From: an uncultured Akkermansia sp.
Lineage (GTDB): Bacteria > Verrucomicrobiota > Kiritimatiellia > RFP12 > JAAYNR01
Direction of reading: 5' to 3'
DNA: 64,000 nt
Assembly: GCA_964580075.1 (NCBI GenBank)
Contig: CAZOJL010000002.1
Location: 6,034-70,033 of the forward strand
The translations under genes and the position numbers were made by a program. Below the pieces are notes generated by a model. That model made no database searches, was not told the origin of the DNA, and saw nothing but the letters and a program-made list of their open reading frames with translations. This document shows, piece after piece, positions 55,943-64,000 of this stretch. Position 1 is the first letter of the stretch. Each line of letters opens with the position of its first letter.

Positions 55943-57094
55943 ATGAATATTTATGCGAAATGGGCCTTGATCAGGAACACCTGGAAAGCACGTAAGCGGC
56001 TGAAGGAGATGCTGCACAGCGCCCACACGGTCAAGGCGCTGCGCGAAGACGTGCTCGATGCGGTCGACCGCGCCGAGTTGGCGTGCGTCATGGCGGCGGC
56101 GAGCCGCCGGGTGCGAGGCGGCTCCGCGTGCGAGGCCGATGCCCTGACGGAGGAATTGAGTGTCCTGCTCAGCCGCCTCGCGCCCGTGCGTCCCTGGGCC
56201 GCGTGGCGCGGTAATTTCGAGGTGGTCGTGGTCGCACTCTCGGTGGCGATGGCCTTTCGCGCCTACTTTTACCAGCCGTTCAAGATCCCGACGGGATCGA
56301 TGTACCCGACACTTTCGGGGATCGCGTCGCGCGAGGAGGCCGCTCCCGCGATCTGGGACCGGATGCCGTTCAAGCTGGTGAACTGGCTGGTGACAGGCGA
56401 TTGGTACAAGCAGGTCCGCGTGGGCGTGGGTGGGCAGGCGAGTCTGTTGAAGCAGGTCGACACGCGGCCGGGCTATGCGGCCATTCAGGTCGCGGGCACA
56501 ACGTATTTCGTGCCGAGCGACGCCATGTACCGACCGCAGTCGCTGCATGTCGACAGTCAGGGGCGGGTCTCCTCGGGCGCGGTCTTGTGGTCTGGTGTCG
56601 TCACGGAGGGTGACTTCGTGTTTGTCAACCGGTGGGCGTGGAATTTCCGCAGGCCGCGGCGCGGGGAGGTGATGGTGTTTTCGACAGAAGGAATCGAAGG
56701 CCTTCCCCACGGTACGCACTACATCAAGCGGATGTGCGGCCTGCCACAGGAGACCTTGTCGATCCGCCCGCCTGACTTGATCGTGAATAATAATCCGGTC
56801 TTGGAGCCCCGGATGATCGCCACAATCGCGCGGTGCGAGAAACTGGCCGCGTGGGCGCCGAATTACGCCGGGTTTACGTTGCCGGGTATGCGCGACACGT
56901 CCAGCCCCAAAGCACTCATGATGCAGGAAGACCGCGTGACGCTTGCGGATGACGAGTATTATGCGCTGGGCGACAATAGCCGCAACAGCCTCGACAGCCG
57001 GTTTTGGGGACCCGTTCCCGAGCGCAACCTCATCGGCCCCGCGACGGTTGTCTACTGGCCGTTTACGTCGCGTCGTTTTGGAAGGATTCGATGA
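55943..57094 (+). CDS. lepB: Signal peptidase I (S26 family) with a long cytoplasmic/membrane N-terminal region
   Basis: Catalytic Ser box PFKIPTGSMYPTL and the Lys/box-E region (YYALGDNSRNSLDSRFWGPVP). Immediately downstream of lepA. AAGGA Shine-Dalgarno before the ATG at 55943. Confidence 0.8.
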   Translation: MNIYAKWALIRNTWKARKRLKEMLHSAHTVKALREDVLDAVDRAELACVMAAASRRVRGGSACEADALTEELSVLLSRLAPVRPWAAWRGNFEVVVVALSVAMAFRAYFYQPFKIPTGSMYPTLSGIASREEAAPAIWDRMPFKLVNWLVTGDWYKQVRVGVGGQASLLKQVDTRPGYAAIQVAGTTYFVPSDAMYRPQSLHVDSQGRVSSGAVLWSGVVTEGDFVFVNRWAWNFRRPRRGEVMVFSTEGIEGLPHGTHYIKRMCGLPQETLSIRPPDLIVNNNPVLEPRMIATIARCEKLAAWAPNYAGFTLPGMRDTSSPKALMMQEDRVTLADDEYYALGDNSRNSLDSRFWGPVPERNLIGPATVVYWPFTSRRFGRIR

Positions 57095-57140
57095 GTGGCG
57101 GCACGCACCTGCAACTCCCAGGCTCGCGGTAATCACGGAC

Positions 57141-59342
57141 ATGGCGATCGAAAGTCACAACGCGTCGGAGACGAATGCCGATGCCGGAATCCCCGGCATG
57201 ATCGAGAAGGTCTCGGGGTCGGTGGTGTCGCTCGTTTACCGCAATGACGAGACGGGCTACACGGTATGCACCATCCGTCCGACGGCGGCAACGGGAGATG
57301 CGTTTACGTTGGTCGGCTCCTGCGCCGCCGTTTGGGAGGGTGAGGAGGTCATCGCCGAGGGATCCTGGATTCGTCATCCACAACACGGCAGGCAGTTCCA
57401 AGCCACGTCGATTCGTTGCGTGACCCCGACCTCCGCCGAAGGAATCCGGCGCTATCTGGGGAGCGGCATGATCCGCGGGGTGGGCAAGGAACTGGCCAAA
57501 CGGATTGTCGATCATTTTGGCGACACCACGCTGCAGGTTATCGAGAAGGAGTCGCGCCGCCTCGAGGAAGTGGAGGGGATCGGCAAGCTCCGCCGTAACC
57601 AGATCAAAGCCTCCTGGATCGAGCAGCGGAGCGTGCGCGATATCATGATCTTTCTCCAATCCCACGGGATCGGGACGGCGCAGGCGGCACGCATCGTCCG
57701 CCAATACGGCGCGGATGCCATCGCGGTGGTCAAAGCCAACCCCTATCGCTTGTGCGAGGACGTCTGGGGGATCGGATTCAAAACCGCCGACGCGATCGCG
57801 CTCAGTGTCGGTGTGCCGCGGGAATCTCCCGCCCGCGCCCGCGCCGGATTGGTCTACCTGCTGCAGTCCCAGGCCGATGAAGGCGGGCACTGTTTCTGCC
57901 TGGAGGCCGACTTGGTCCTGCATGCGCAAGACCTGCTGGACATTCCGACGGAGACGCTCACCGCGGCGCTGGCCGACGAGATTGCCCGCGGCGCGCTGAT
58001 CCGCGACGCCGGCCACATCTACCTGCGCCTGCTCTTTGAGGCGGAACGCGCGGTGGCTGCGGGGGTGTTGCGGCTGCTCGACCACGATGTGCGGTTTCCG
58101 CGCATTGACGCGCCGCGCGCGCTGACGTGGGCCGAGGGAAAGATGGGTATCCAACTGGCCGACGCGCAGCGCACCGCGCTGATGACCGCCCTCGAATCGA
58201 AGGTCGCCGTGATCACCGGCGGTCCCGGCGTCGGCAAAACAACGATCATCCGGGCGCTGACGGAGATTTTCCATGCCCGGCGGCTGACCGTCGCCCTGGC
58301 GGCGCCCACCGGCCGGGCAGCCAAACGCATGAGCGAAGCGACCGGCCGCGAGGCGCTCACCATTCACCGCCTGCTCAAATACAATCCCAACGATCATGCG
58401 TTCGAATATGACCGGGAGAATCAGTTGGAGGGCGATGTCTTTATCCTGGATGAGACGTCCATGGTCGACATCCGGCTGATGAGCCATTTTCTCGAGGCGC
58501 TTCCCGAGTCCGCCTCGCTGATTCTCGTGGGCGATACCGATCAGCTTCCGAGCGTCGGTCCCGGAAATGTCCTGCGCGACATCATTCGTTCCCGTGCCGT
58601 GCCGTGCCGCACACTCGACACCATTTTCCGGCAGGACACCACCGGGTTGATCGTTCGAAACGCCCATCATGTGAACAAAGGCGAGATGATCGAAACGTCC
58701 GAGGGTGCGAGCGATTTCTACTTTATTGATACGGCGGAATCCGATAACATCATTACGCGGCTCGTCGATCTCGTCTCGCGGCGCATTCCGCAGCGGTTCG
58801 GGTTGTCGCCCCGCGAGGAGATCCAGGTGCTCACACCGATGCGACGCAACAGCCTCGGTGCCGAAAATTTGAACGCGGTGCTGCAGCAGGCTCTGAATCC
58901 GGACGGCGCGTCCCTTGCGCGTGGCGGAACGGTGTTCCGCACGCAGGATCGCGTGATGCAGATTAGCAACAATTATGACAAGGACATTTACAACGGCGAC
59001 ATCGGCTTTGTTCGCGCGGTTGACAGCGTGGCGCGTGAGGTGGTGGTGACCTTTGACGGCCGGCCGGTGACGTATGAGCATGCGGATCTGGATGAGCTCG
59101 TGCTGGCCTACGCCTGCACCGTTCACAAGTCGCAGGGGAGTGAATATCCCGCCGTGGTGCTGGTTCTGCACACCCAGCACTTCAAACTGCTGCAACGGAA
59201 CTTGCTTTACACGGGGATCACCCGCGGGCGCAAATTGGTTTGTATCGTCGGTTCGCAACAGGCCATGCGGCTGGCCATTCGGAACAATCTTGTCTCCGAG
59301 CGCCGCACGGGTCTGCTGGATCGGTTGCGGCAACGGGGATAA
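57141..59342 (+). CDS. recD2: RecD2-like SF1 ATP-dependent DNA helicase
   Basis: N-terminal OB/HhH region (LVYRNDETGYTVCTIRP), Walker A ITGGPGVGKTT, LAAPTGRAAKRM motif, and a C-terminal SH3-like domain. Confidence 0.8.
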   Translation: MAIESHNASETNADAGIPGMIEKVSGSVVSLVYRNDETGYTVCTIRPTAATGDAFTLVGSCAAVWEGEEVIAEGSWIRHPQHGRQFQATSIRCVTPTSAEGIRRYLGSGMIRGVGKELAKRIVDHFGDTTLQVIEKESRRLEEVEGIGKLRRNQIKASWIEQRSVRDIMIFLQSHGIGTAQAARIVRQYGADAIAVVKANPYRLCEDVWGIGFKTADAIALSVGVPRESPARARAGLVYLLQSQADEGGHCFCLEADLVLHAQDLLDIPTETLTAALADEIARGALIRDAGHIYLRLLFEAERAVAAGVLRLLDHDVRFPRIDAPRALTWAEGKMGIQLADAQRTALMTALESKVAVITGGPGVGKTTIIRALTEIFHARRLTVALAAPTGRAAKRMSEATGREALTIHRLLKYNPNDHAFEYDRENQLEGDVFILDETSMVDIRLMSHFLEALPESASLILVGDTDQLPSVGPGNVLRDIIRSRAVPCRTLDTIFRQDTTGLIVRNAHHVNKGEMIETSEGASDFYFIDTAESDNIITRLVDLVSRRIPQRFGLSPREEIQVLTPMRRNSLGAENLNAVLQQALNPDGASLARGGTVFRTQDRVMQISNNYDKDIYNGDIGFVRAVDSVAREVVVTFDGRPVTYEHADLDELVLAYACTVHKSQGSEYPAVVLVLHTQHFKLLQRNLLYTGITRGRKLVCIVGSQQAMRLAIRNNLVSERRTGLLDRLRQRG

Positions 59343-59367
59343 CGCGAAACGGAGAGGGTGCGGGACG

Positions 59368-60345
59368 ATGGGTCTGTTGAGATGTACGGTGTGTCCGCAT
59401 GGGTGCGAACTCAGAGTGGGGCAAATCGGACGCTGCCGTGTGAGGCGGAACGTCGCCGGGGAGATCGTGTCCATGGCATACAACCACCCGTGTGCGGTGC
59501 ATGTCGATCCGATCGCAAAGAAACCGCTCTACCATTTTCTCCCCGCGACCAAGACCTTCTCGATCGGCACGGCTGGATGCAATCTGAGCTGCCTGAATTG
59601 CCAGAATGCCGAACTCTCGCAACGCAGCTTCAATCGGTTGCCGGCGTACGACCTGCCACCGCGAGCCGTGGCCGCCGCCGCCATTGAAAACGGATGCCTG
59701 TCTGTTTCGTATACCTACACGGAGCCGCTGGTGTCCGTCGAGTATGTCTGTGACTGCGCGAAAATCTGCCGTGAGACGGGGTTGCGAAATGTCATGGTCA
59801 CGGCAGGATACGCGACGCCGGAGACCCTCGGAAGGGTCGCGCCGGTGATTGACGCGGCGAATGTGGATATCAAATCGATGGAAGATGCATTCTACCGCAG
59901 CGTCTGCGGCGCGGAATCGGTTCAACCGGTTCTGGACGCGCTGATTCAACTGCGGGCGGCGGGCGTCTGGCTGGAAGTGACCTATCTGATCATTCCGACG
60001 CGGAACGACACCGATGCTGATTTCACCCGGTTGGCCATCTGGATCAAGGCCAACCTCGGCGCGGAGACGCCGTTGCATCTGACGCGTTTCTTTCCGGCGC
60101 ACCGGCTCACCGAGTTGCCGCCCACGCCTGTCGAGTCCCTGCTCCGGGCGCGCGCCTGCGTGCGGGATGCCGGGTTGCATTATGTTTACATTGGAAATGC
60201 CGAGATCCCGGGCGGGGACGACACCGTCTGCGTCGGCTGTGGCGGGGTACTGCTGCGTCGCCGGGGCTTTACGGTGTGTGAAGATCGCCTGCAGGACGGC
60301 AAATGCCCGGCTTGCGGCCGCACGGCGGCCGGGGTCTGGAGATGA
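59368..60345 (+). CDS. amrS: AmmeMemoRadiSam system radical SAM enzyme
   Basis: CNLSCLNCQN radical-SAM cluster motif and N-terminal Cys cluster (CTVCPHGC). GGAGAGGG Shine-Dalgarno upstream. Followed by MEMO1-family and AMMECR1-domain genes. Confidence 0.8.
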   Translation: MGLLRCTVCPHGCELRVGQIGRCRVRRNVAGEIVSMAYNHPCAVHVDPIAKKPLYHFLPATKTFSIGTAGCNLSCLNCQNAELSQRSFNRLPAYDLPPRAVAAAAIENGCLSVSYTYTEPLVSVEYVCDCAKICRETGLRNVMVTAGYATPETLGRVAPVIDAANVDIKSMEDAFYRSVCGAESVQPVLDALIQLRAAGVWLEVTYLIIPTRNDTDADFTRLAIWIKANLGAETPLHLTRFFPAHRLTELPPTPVESLLRARACVRDAGLHYVYIGNAEIPGGDDTVCVGCGGVLLRRRGFTVCEDRLQDGKCPACGRTAAGVWR

Positions 60346-60348
60346 GCG

Positions 60349-61212
60349 ATGAAACAGAATGCGCAGCGGCGGATCTTCGCGAGCCCGTTGAGCGGCAGGT
60401 GGTATCCCGCCGAACGGGCTGCGCTGCGGCGTGACGTGGCGGCACTGGCGCCCCGGCCCGCGCCCGCGCCGGTGTCCGGCGTGCGGGCGTTGATCGTGCC
60501 GCACGCCGGTTACGCCTACTCTGGGAAGGTGGCGCTGGAAGCCTACGCCCGCCTCGATCCGGACGCGTACGACCGTGCGGTTGTGATCGGCCCGAGCCAT
60601 TCCGTCGGGTTGCGCGATTGTGTGAGTGTGCTGGACGTGACGCACATCCGCACGCCGCTGGGAGATTGTGCCGTCGATGCCGACTTCGCCGCACGGGTGC
60701 TCGCCACCCCGTTTGCTGTCATCGAACCCCGCGCCCACGTCCGTGAACACAGCGACCAGATCCAGATTCCGCTGCTGCAAACGGTGTTCGACCAGCGGCC
60801 GCTACAGGTCGTCACCCTGGTTTGCGGAGGTTTCAGCGACACAGCCGCGGCCGCTTTCGGCGGCGTGTTGCGCGGCCTGCTGGACAGCCGCACGCTGCTC
60901 GTGGTGAGCACGGACTTTACGCATTACGGCCCCGCCTTTGATTATGTCCCGTTCCGGGACGATGTGTCCGAAGGCGTGCGCGCGTTGGATCACCGCGTGT
61001 TCGAGCGGATTGCAGCGGGCGATGCCGCCGGTTACCGAAAGATCATGCGTGAGACCGGCGCCACGGTGTGCGGCGAGCATCCGCTGGCGATTTTGATCGC
61101 CGTGGCCGGCCCGCGTGCGACCGTCTGTGAGGTCGCCTATGATCAGTCGGGACGGATGACCGGCGATTGGGAAAACTCGGTGAGCTATTTGAGTGCATGG
61201 CTGACGTGGTGA
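60349..61212 (+). CDS. amrB: AmmeMemoRadiSam system protein B (MEMO1 family)
   Basis: LIVPHAGYAYSG motif. Confidence 0.8.
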   Translation: MKQNAQRRIFASPLSGRWYPAERAALRRDVAALAPRPAPAPVSGVRALIVPHAGYAYSGKVALEAYARLDPDAYDRAVVIGPSHSVGLRDCVSVLDVTHIRTPLGDCAVDADFAARVLATPFAVIEPRAHVREHSDQIQIPLLQTVFDQRPLQVVTLVCGGFSDTAAAAFGGVLRGLLDSRTLLVVSTDFTHYGPAFDYVPFRDDVSEGVRALDHRVFERIAAGDAAGYRKIMRETGATVCGEHPLAILIAVAGPRATVCEVAYDQSGRMTGDWENSVSYLSAWLTW

Positions 61213-61220
61213 GGTGTGGT

Positions 61221-61766
61221 ATGTTGGATCGTGAGACACGCGACTGGCTGACGACATGGGCGCGGCAGAACGTTGACGCGGCGGTGCGGCTGGGCGATGC
61301 GCCCCTCCCGGCCCCGCCGGGGATCGGTGCGGGGGCACGGCAGGTGATGGGCGGATTTGTGACGCTCACCCTGGACGGCGCGTTGCGCGGGTGCATCGGC
61401 GAGATCATTCCGACGCGCGAGATCTGGCAGGTGGTCCGTGAACAGGCTGTCAACGCCGCGCTGCACGATCCGCGGTTCACACCCCTGACGCCCCGGGATG
61501 CTCCGCGGGTGCGGATCGAAATCTCGGCGCTAAATCCGCCCGAACCCGTGGCCTCCTGGCACGAGATCGTCCTCGGCCGCCATGGGATCGTCCTCCAAAA
61601 AGGGAGACGCAGCGCGGTCTTCCTGCCCCAGGTTCCTGTGGAACAAGGGTGGGATCTCGACACCACGCTGGAGTTTCTCTCCCGCAAAGCTGGCCTCGCT
61701 GCTGATGCCTGGAAACAGGATGCCCAATTCCTGGTTTTCGAGGCCGAGGTCTTCGGGGAGGCGTGA
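61221..61766 (+). CDS. amrA: AmmeMemoRadiSam system protein A (AMMECR1 domain)
   Basis: GGFVTLTLDGALRGCIGE motif. Confidence 0.8.
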   Translation: MLDRETRDWLTTWARQNVDAAVRLGDAPLPAPPGIGAGARQVMGGFVTLTLDGALRGCIGEIIPTREIWQVVREQAVNAALHDPRFTPLTPRDAPRVRIEISALNPPEPVASWHEIVLGRHGIVLQKGRRSAVFLPQVPVEQGWDLDTTLEFLSRKAGLAADAWKQDAQFLVFEAEVFGEA

Positions 61767-61791
61767 CATAAGGCTTGAAGCGCTCACGTTT

Positions 61792-62586
61792 TTGAAACTC
61801 CACCTGTCGTACCGCCACCAGGGGAGCGATCGTACCGCCGCCGGCCAACTCGTTTCCGTGGGGGCTGAATACGTGGTGCTCGAGGCCGATTCCAACAGCT
61901 TCGCCGTGCCGTTGGAGGGGATCACCCGGCTGCAGGTGCTCGAAAGGCCGCTGCGCATCCATGTGGCCCGCGACAGCGGCAAGGCGCCGTCTGATACGAC
62001 GCTGGGCATGGCTTACCTGCGCAAGGGAATCACCTGGATTCCCGAGTATACACTGAAGATCCTGGATGCGGACACGGCTGAGTTGTCCCTCCGCGGGACG
62101 TTGGTGAACGAGGCGGAAGACCTCGTGCATTGTGATGTGAACTTTGTGGTGGGGGTGCCGCACTTCCTCCACACCGATTATCTCGCGCCGATTGCCGTCG
62201 GGCAGGTCATTCGGAGCATCGGCGCCGCCGTGGCGCCGCGCGAGGTGATGTCGCAGATGATGAATCGCGCCGCCGTCGCCCGGGATTTTGGCTCCGCGCA
62301 ACCGGGTGTCTTCGACCAGGCCCCAACACACCCCCGCCTATGGCCGCCTAATGCCTTCTGGGCCACGCTGACGCAGGAATATTCAAGCGTGAAGCCCAAC
62401 ACGGTTCACGGATCACTGTTCTCGTCTTCCGACGGCTTGCCTGTAATCGATCCCGTAGCCGAGGGATCTGCTTCGTGGGGTGCCGTGCGCACGCAGCGGA
62501 ACTTGTACGAGTCCCGCCGTGTGGTATCCGCCGTGGCGGCGCCTAAACGGTCGGACACGCGCGTTTGCGACAGATCCGGGAAGTGA
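61792..62586 (+). CDS. Hypothetical protein (no recognisable domain). Start uncertain: the ORF opens at 61582 inside amrA.
   Basis: Long + strand ORF with protein-like composition. The opposing - strand ORF (61477-62331) is Arg/His-rich and looks like an artefact. The 3' end overlaps the convergent FGE-domain gene. Confidence 0.3.
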   Translation: MKLHLSYRHQGSDRTAAGQLVSVGAEYVVLEADSNSFAVPLEGITRLQVLERPLRIHVARDSGKAPSDTTLGMAYLRKGITWIPEYTLKILDADTAELSLRGTLVNEAEDLVHCDVNFVVGVPHFLHTDYLAPIAVGQVIRSIGAAVAPREVMSQMMNRAAVARDFGSAQPGVFDQAPTHPRLWPPNAFWATLTQEYSSVKPNTVHGSLFSSSDGLPVIDPVAEGSASWGAVRTQRNLYESRRVVSAVAAPKRSDTRVCDRSGK

Positions 62587-63968
62587 TTGTAACGCCGTCC
62601 GGAGCCCACGGCGTCGGCCTGCGGCCAATCGGCAGGTAACTCCAGTGTGCCGCGACCGTGCGTGCCTGTGAAGCTCCGCCCCTTGGCGTTGCCGACCGTC
62701 ACCGCGCGCTCGCAGTGCGTCTCCCAGCTCTTGATCGAGTCCCAAGGCCAGACCCCGATACCGGCGATTTTCCAGTAGGACGGGCCAACCTCCTCGATCA
62801 CCGGCACGCGAAACCCGCGCACAACCTTTTCGAATTCCAACTCCGTCATCGGACGCAGGCCCGCCCAGGCCGCGAAGCTCGCGCCGTCTTCCCATGAAAT
62901 ATAGCGCATGGCCGCCCCGTCCCGCGCTCCGCCAATGCCGAACTGGTACGCATAGTTCGGCGAGGTGCCACGGCGCACGACCCGGTGGCACTCTGCGCAG
63001 TATCGCGCGTCCGACTGCGCAGGCGTCAAGGTTTCGAGGAACTCGGACCAATTGCGGTTGGTGATGTGCTTCTTCATGCAATAGAAGGCCCCATAGCCGT
63101 TTGGGAATGTGGCGGGGATATCCCCGCCGTCTTCCGGCTGGGCGCCCGGGCGCGCCCACAGCCTGCCCGGCTGCCGGCCGGTGGGGATCGCGCCGGCGCT
63201 CATCACCCGGTACGGCGGCGTCTTTGTTCCGCCGCCATCATAGGCGTAAAAAGAGCCTGGCTCCGGGCCGCTCGTGCCCAAGTAGAACGGCCCCTCAGCC
63301 ACATAAACCATCGCAAGGCCAAAAGGCCGGACTTGGGCCTTACCGAAGTCCGCGATGCCCTTCAGGCTGGTCAGATCACAGACCAGAGTCACGCCCCGTG
63401 CCGTAACGGTGCCCCCCCCTCTTTCCGAGCGCCGCACGAATACGCCGCTGAAACCATCGCCGCCGTTCGGCACCAGAAATTCGAGACGCGTGTAATTCGC
63501 GGCCCTCGGCGACGGGAAGATGTCCGGATTGCTCTCGATGCCACCTACCCGGCTGTCTGCCGGCCGACCTTGGTAGTAGAGCAGCGCGTTGTTGGTGGCA
63601 GACGGTCGCGACACGGCCGGAGCTTGTCCGAAACCGCTCGGGTTCAGTACGCGATCGGCGGCCAACCGCACATGCTGCCACTCGGACTTGTCGTCCGCCC
63701 GCGCCTTGAGAAAGACCCAGGCGGCGTCGTGGTTGATGTCATTCCGCCAGGAATCCTCCCAGCGGATGTCGAACCGGATGGTCGCGGTCTTCGCGTCGCG
63801 CGGTGTCACGGTCACGTTGATAAACTGCACCAAGGGATCGAAAAACGCCAATCCCCCGTTGCGGGCAGCAAAATTCTCCGCCCGCGCGCCAACAGCGGCG
63901 GCCAGGAGCAATACACTGGCGAGCAGGTTTTGCGTCATTTCTTTGGTCATAGTTCGTTCTCCTGTCAT
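62406..63968 (-). CDS. Secreted formylglycine-generating-enzyme (FGE/SUMF1) domain protein with an N-terminal beta-rich domain
   Basis: Signal peptide (LLASVLLLAAAVGARA) and FGE-sulfatase motifs (NGYGAFYCMKKHITNRNWSEF, WAGLRPMTELEFEKVVRG, FRCVRTAP). Confidence 0.7.
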   Translation of the reverse strand: MTGERTMTKEMTQNLLASVLLLAAAVGARAENFAARNGGLAFFDPLVQFINVTVTPRDAKTATIRFDIRWEDSWRNDINHDAAWVFLKARADDKSEWQHVRLAADRVLNPSGFGQAPAVSRPSATNNALLYYQGRPADSRVGGIESNPDIFPSPRAANYTRLEFLVPNGGDGFSGVFVRRSERGGGTVTARGVTLVCDLTSLKGIADFGKAQVRPFGLAMVYVAEGPFYLGTSGPEPGSFYAYDGGGTKTPPYRVMSAGAIPTGRQPGRLWARPGAQPEDGGDIPATFPNGYGAFYCMKKHITNRNWSEFLETLTPAQSDARYCAECHRVVRRGTSPNYAYQFGIGGARDGAAMRYISWEDGASFAAWAGLRPMTELEFEKVVRGFRVPVIEEVGPSYWKIAGIGVWPWDSIKSWETHCERAVTVGNAKGRSFTGTHGRGTLELPADWPQADAVGSGRRYNHFPDLSQTRVSDRLGAATADTTRRDSYKFRCVRTAPHEADPSATGSITGKPSEDENSDP

Positions 63969-64000
63969 TCGTTGGTTCGAGTGCTCCCAATTGCAGTCGG

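Noticed and set aside
61477-62331. 284-aa - strand ORF opposite the hypothetical + strand ORF
   Set aside because: It is extremely Arg/His/Gly-rich with no motif. The + strand frame has balanced, protein-like composition.
1-64000. Searched for CRISPR arrays, tRNA, rRNA and integrase or transposase genes
   Set aside because: No regularly spaced direct repeats with unique spacers, no cloverleaf-compatible conserved tRNA motifs in the intergenic regions, and no recombinase-like ORFs were found.

Overview
This is a high-GC (roughly mid-60s % GC) bacterial chromosomal window, densely coding and mostly on the + strand, with no rRNA, tRNA or CRISPR detected. The gene content points to a PVC-superphylum, most likely Verrucomicrobia-like, genome: a divergent FtsZ inside a partial dcw cluster, an exosortase, and a murC-murB fusion. 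Reading left to right: glmS (5'-truncated), glmM, a hexapeptide-repeat acyltransferase and a transglutaminase-like membrane protein. Then a translationally coupled ftsH-folP-cdaA-cdaR-ftsK block, followed by a RodZ-like protein, rimO and a large hybrid sensor kinase. Next come murC/murB (fused), ddl, ftsQ, ftsA and ftsZ, then a PyrE-like phosphoribosyltransferase, an exosortase-EpsI fusion, a WecA-like sugar-phosphate transferase, a YihY-family protein and an AI-2E transporter. On the minus strand sit L-fucose isomerase and a TrmJ-like methyltransferase. After the island described below come lpxK, murJ, murG, lepA, lepB, recD2, an AmmeMemoRadiSam trio, a hypothetical protein and a secreted FGE-domain protein. 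The most notable feature is a ~13.6 kb island of visibly lower GC at ~36.3-49.9 kb, inserted between trmJ and lpxK. It is bounded by repeat-rich intergenic elements that include inverted copies of a 46-nt repeat. It encodes an eight-gene operon coupled by ATGA/TAATG overlaps. Its genes are an SNF2 helicase, a small protein, an ABC/SMC-like ATPase, an AIPR-family protein, a Type III Mod methyltransferase, a DUF1016 (YhcG) PD-(D/E)XK protein, a GxxExxY protein and a Type III Res. This is a candidate composite or novel defence system. A family of G-rich (GGGGTC / GGGGTTC tandem) MITE-like palindromic repeats recurs at four intergenic sites. Many long antisense ORFs in the track are GC-driven artefacts.
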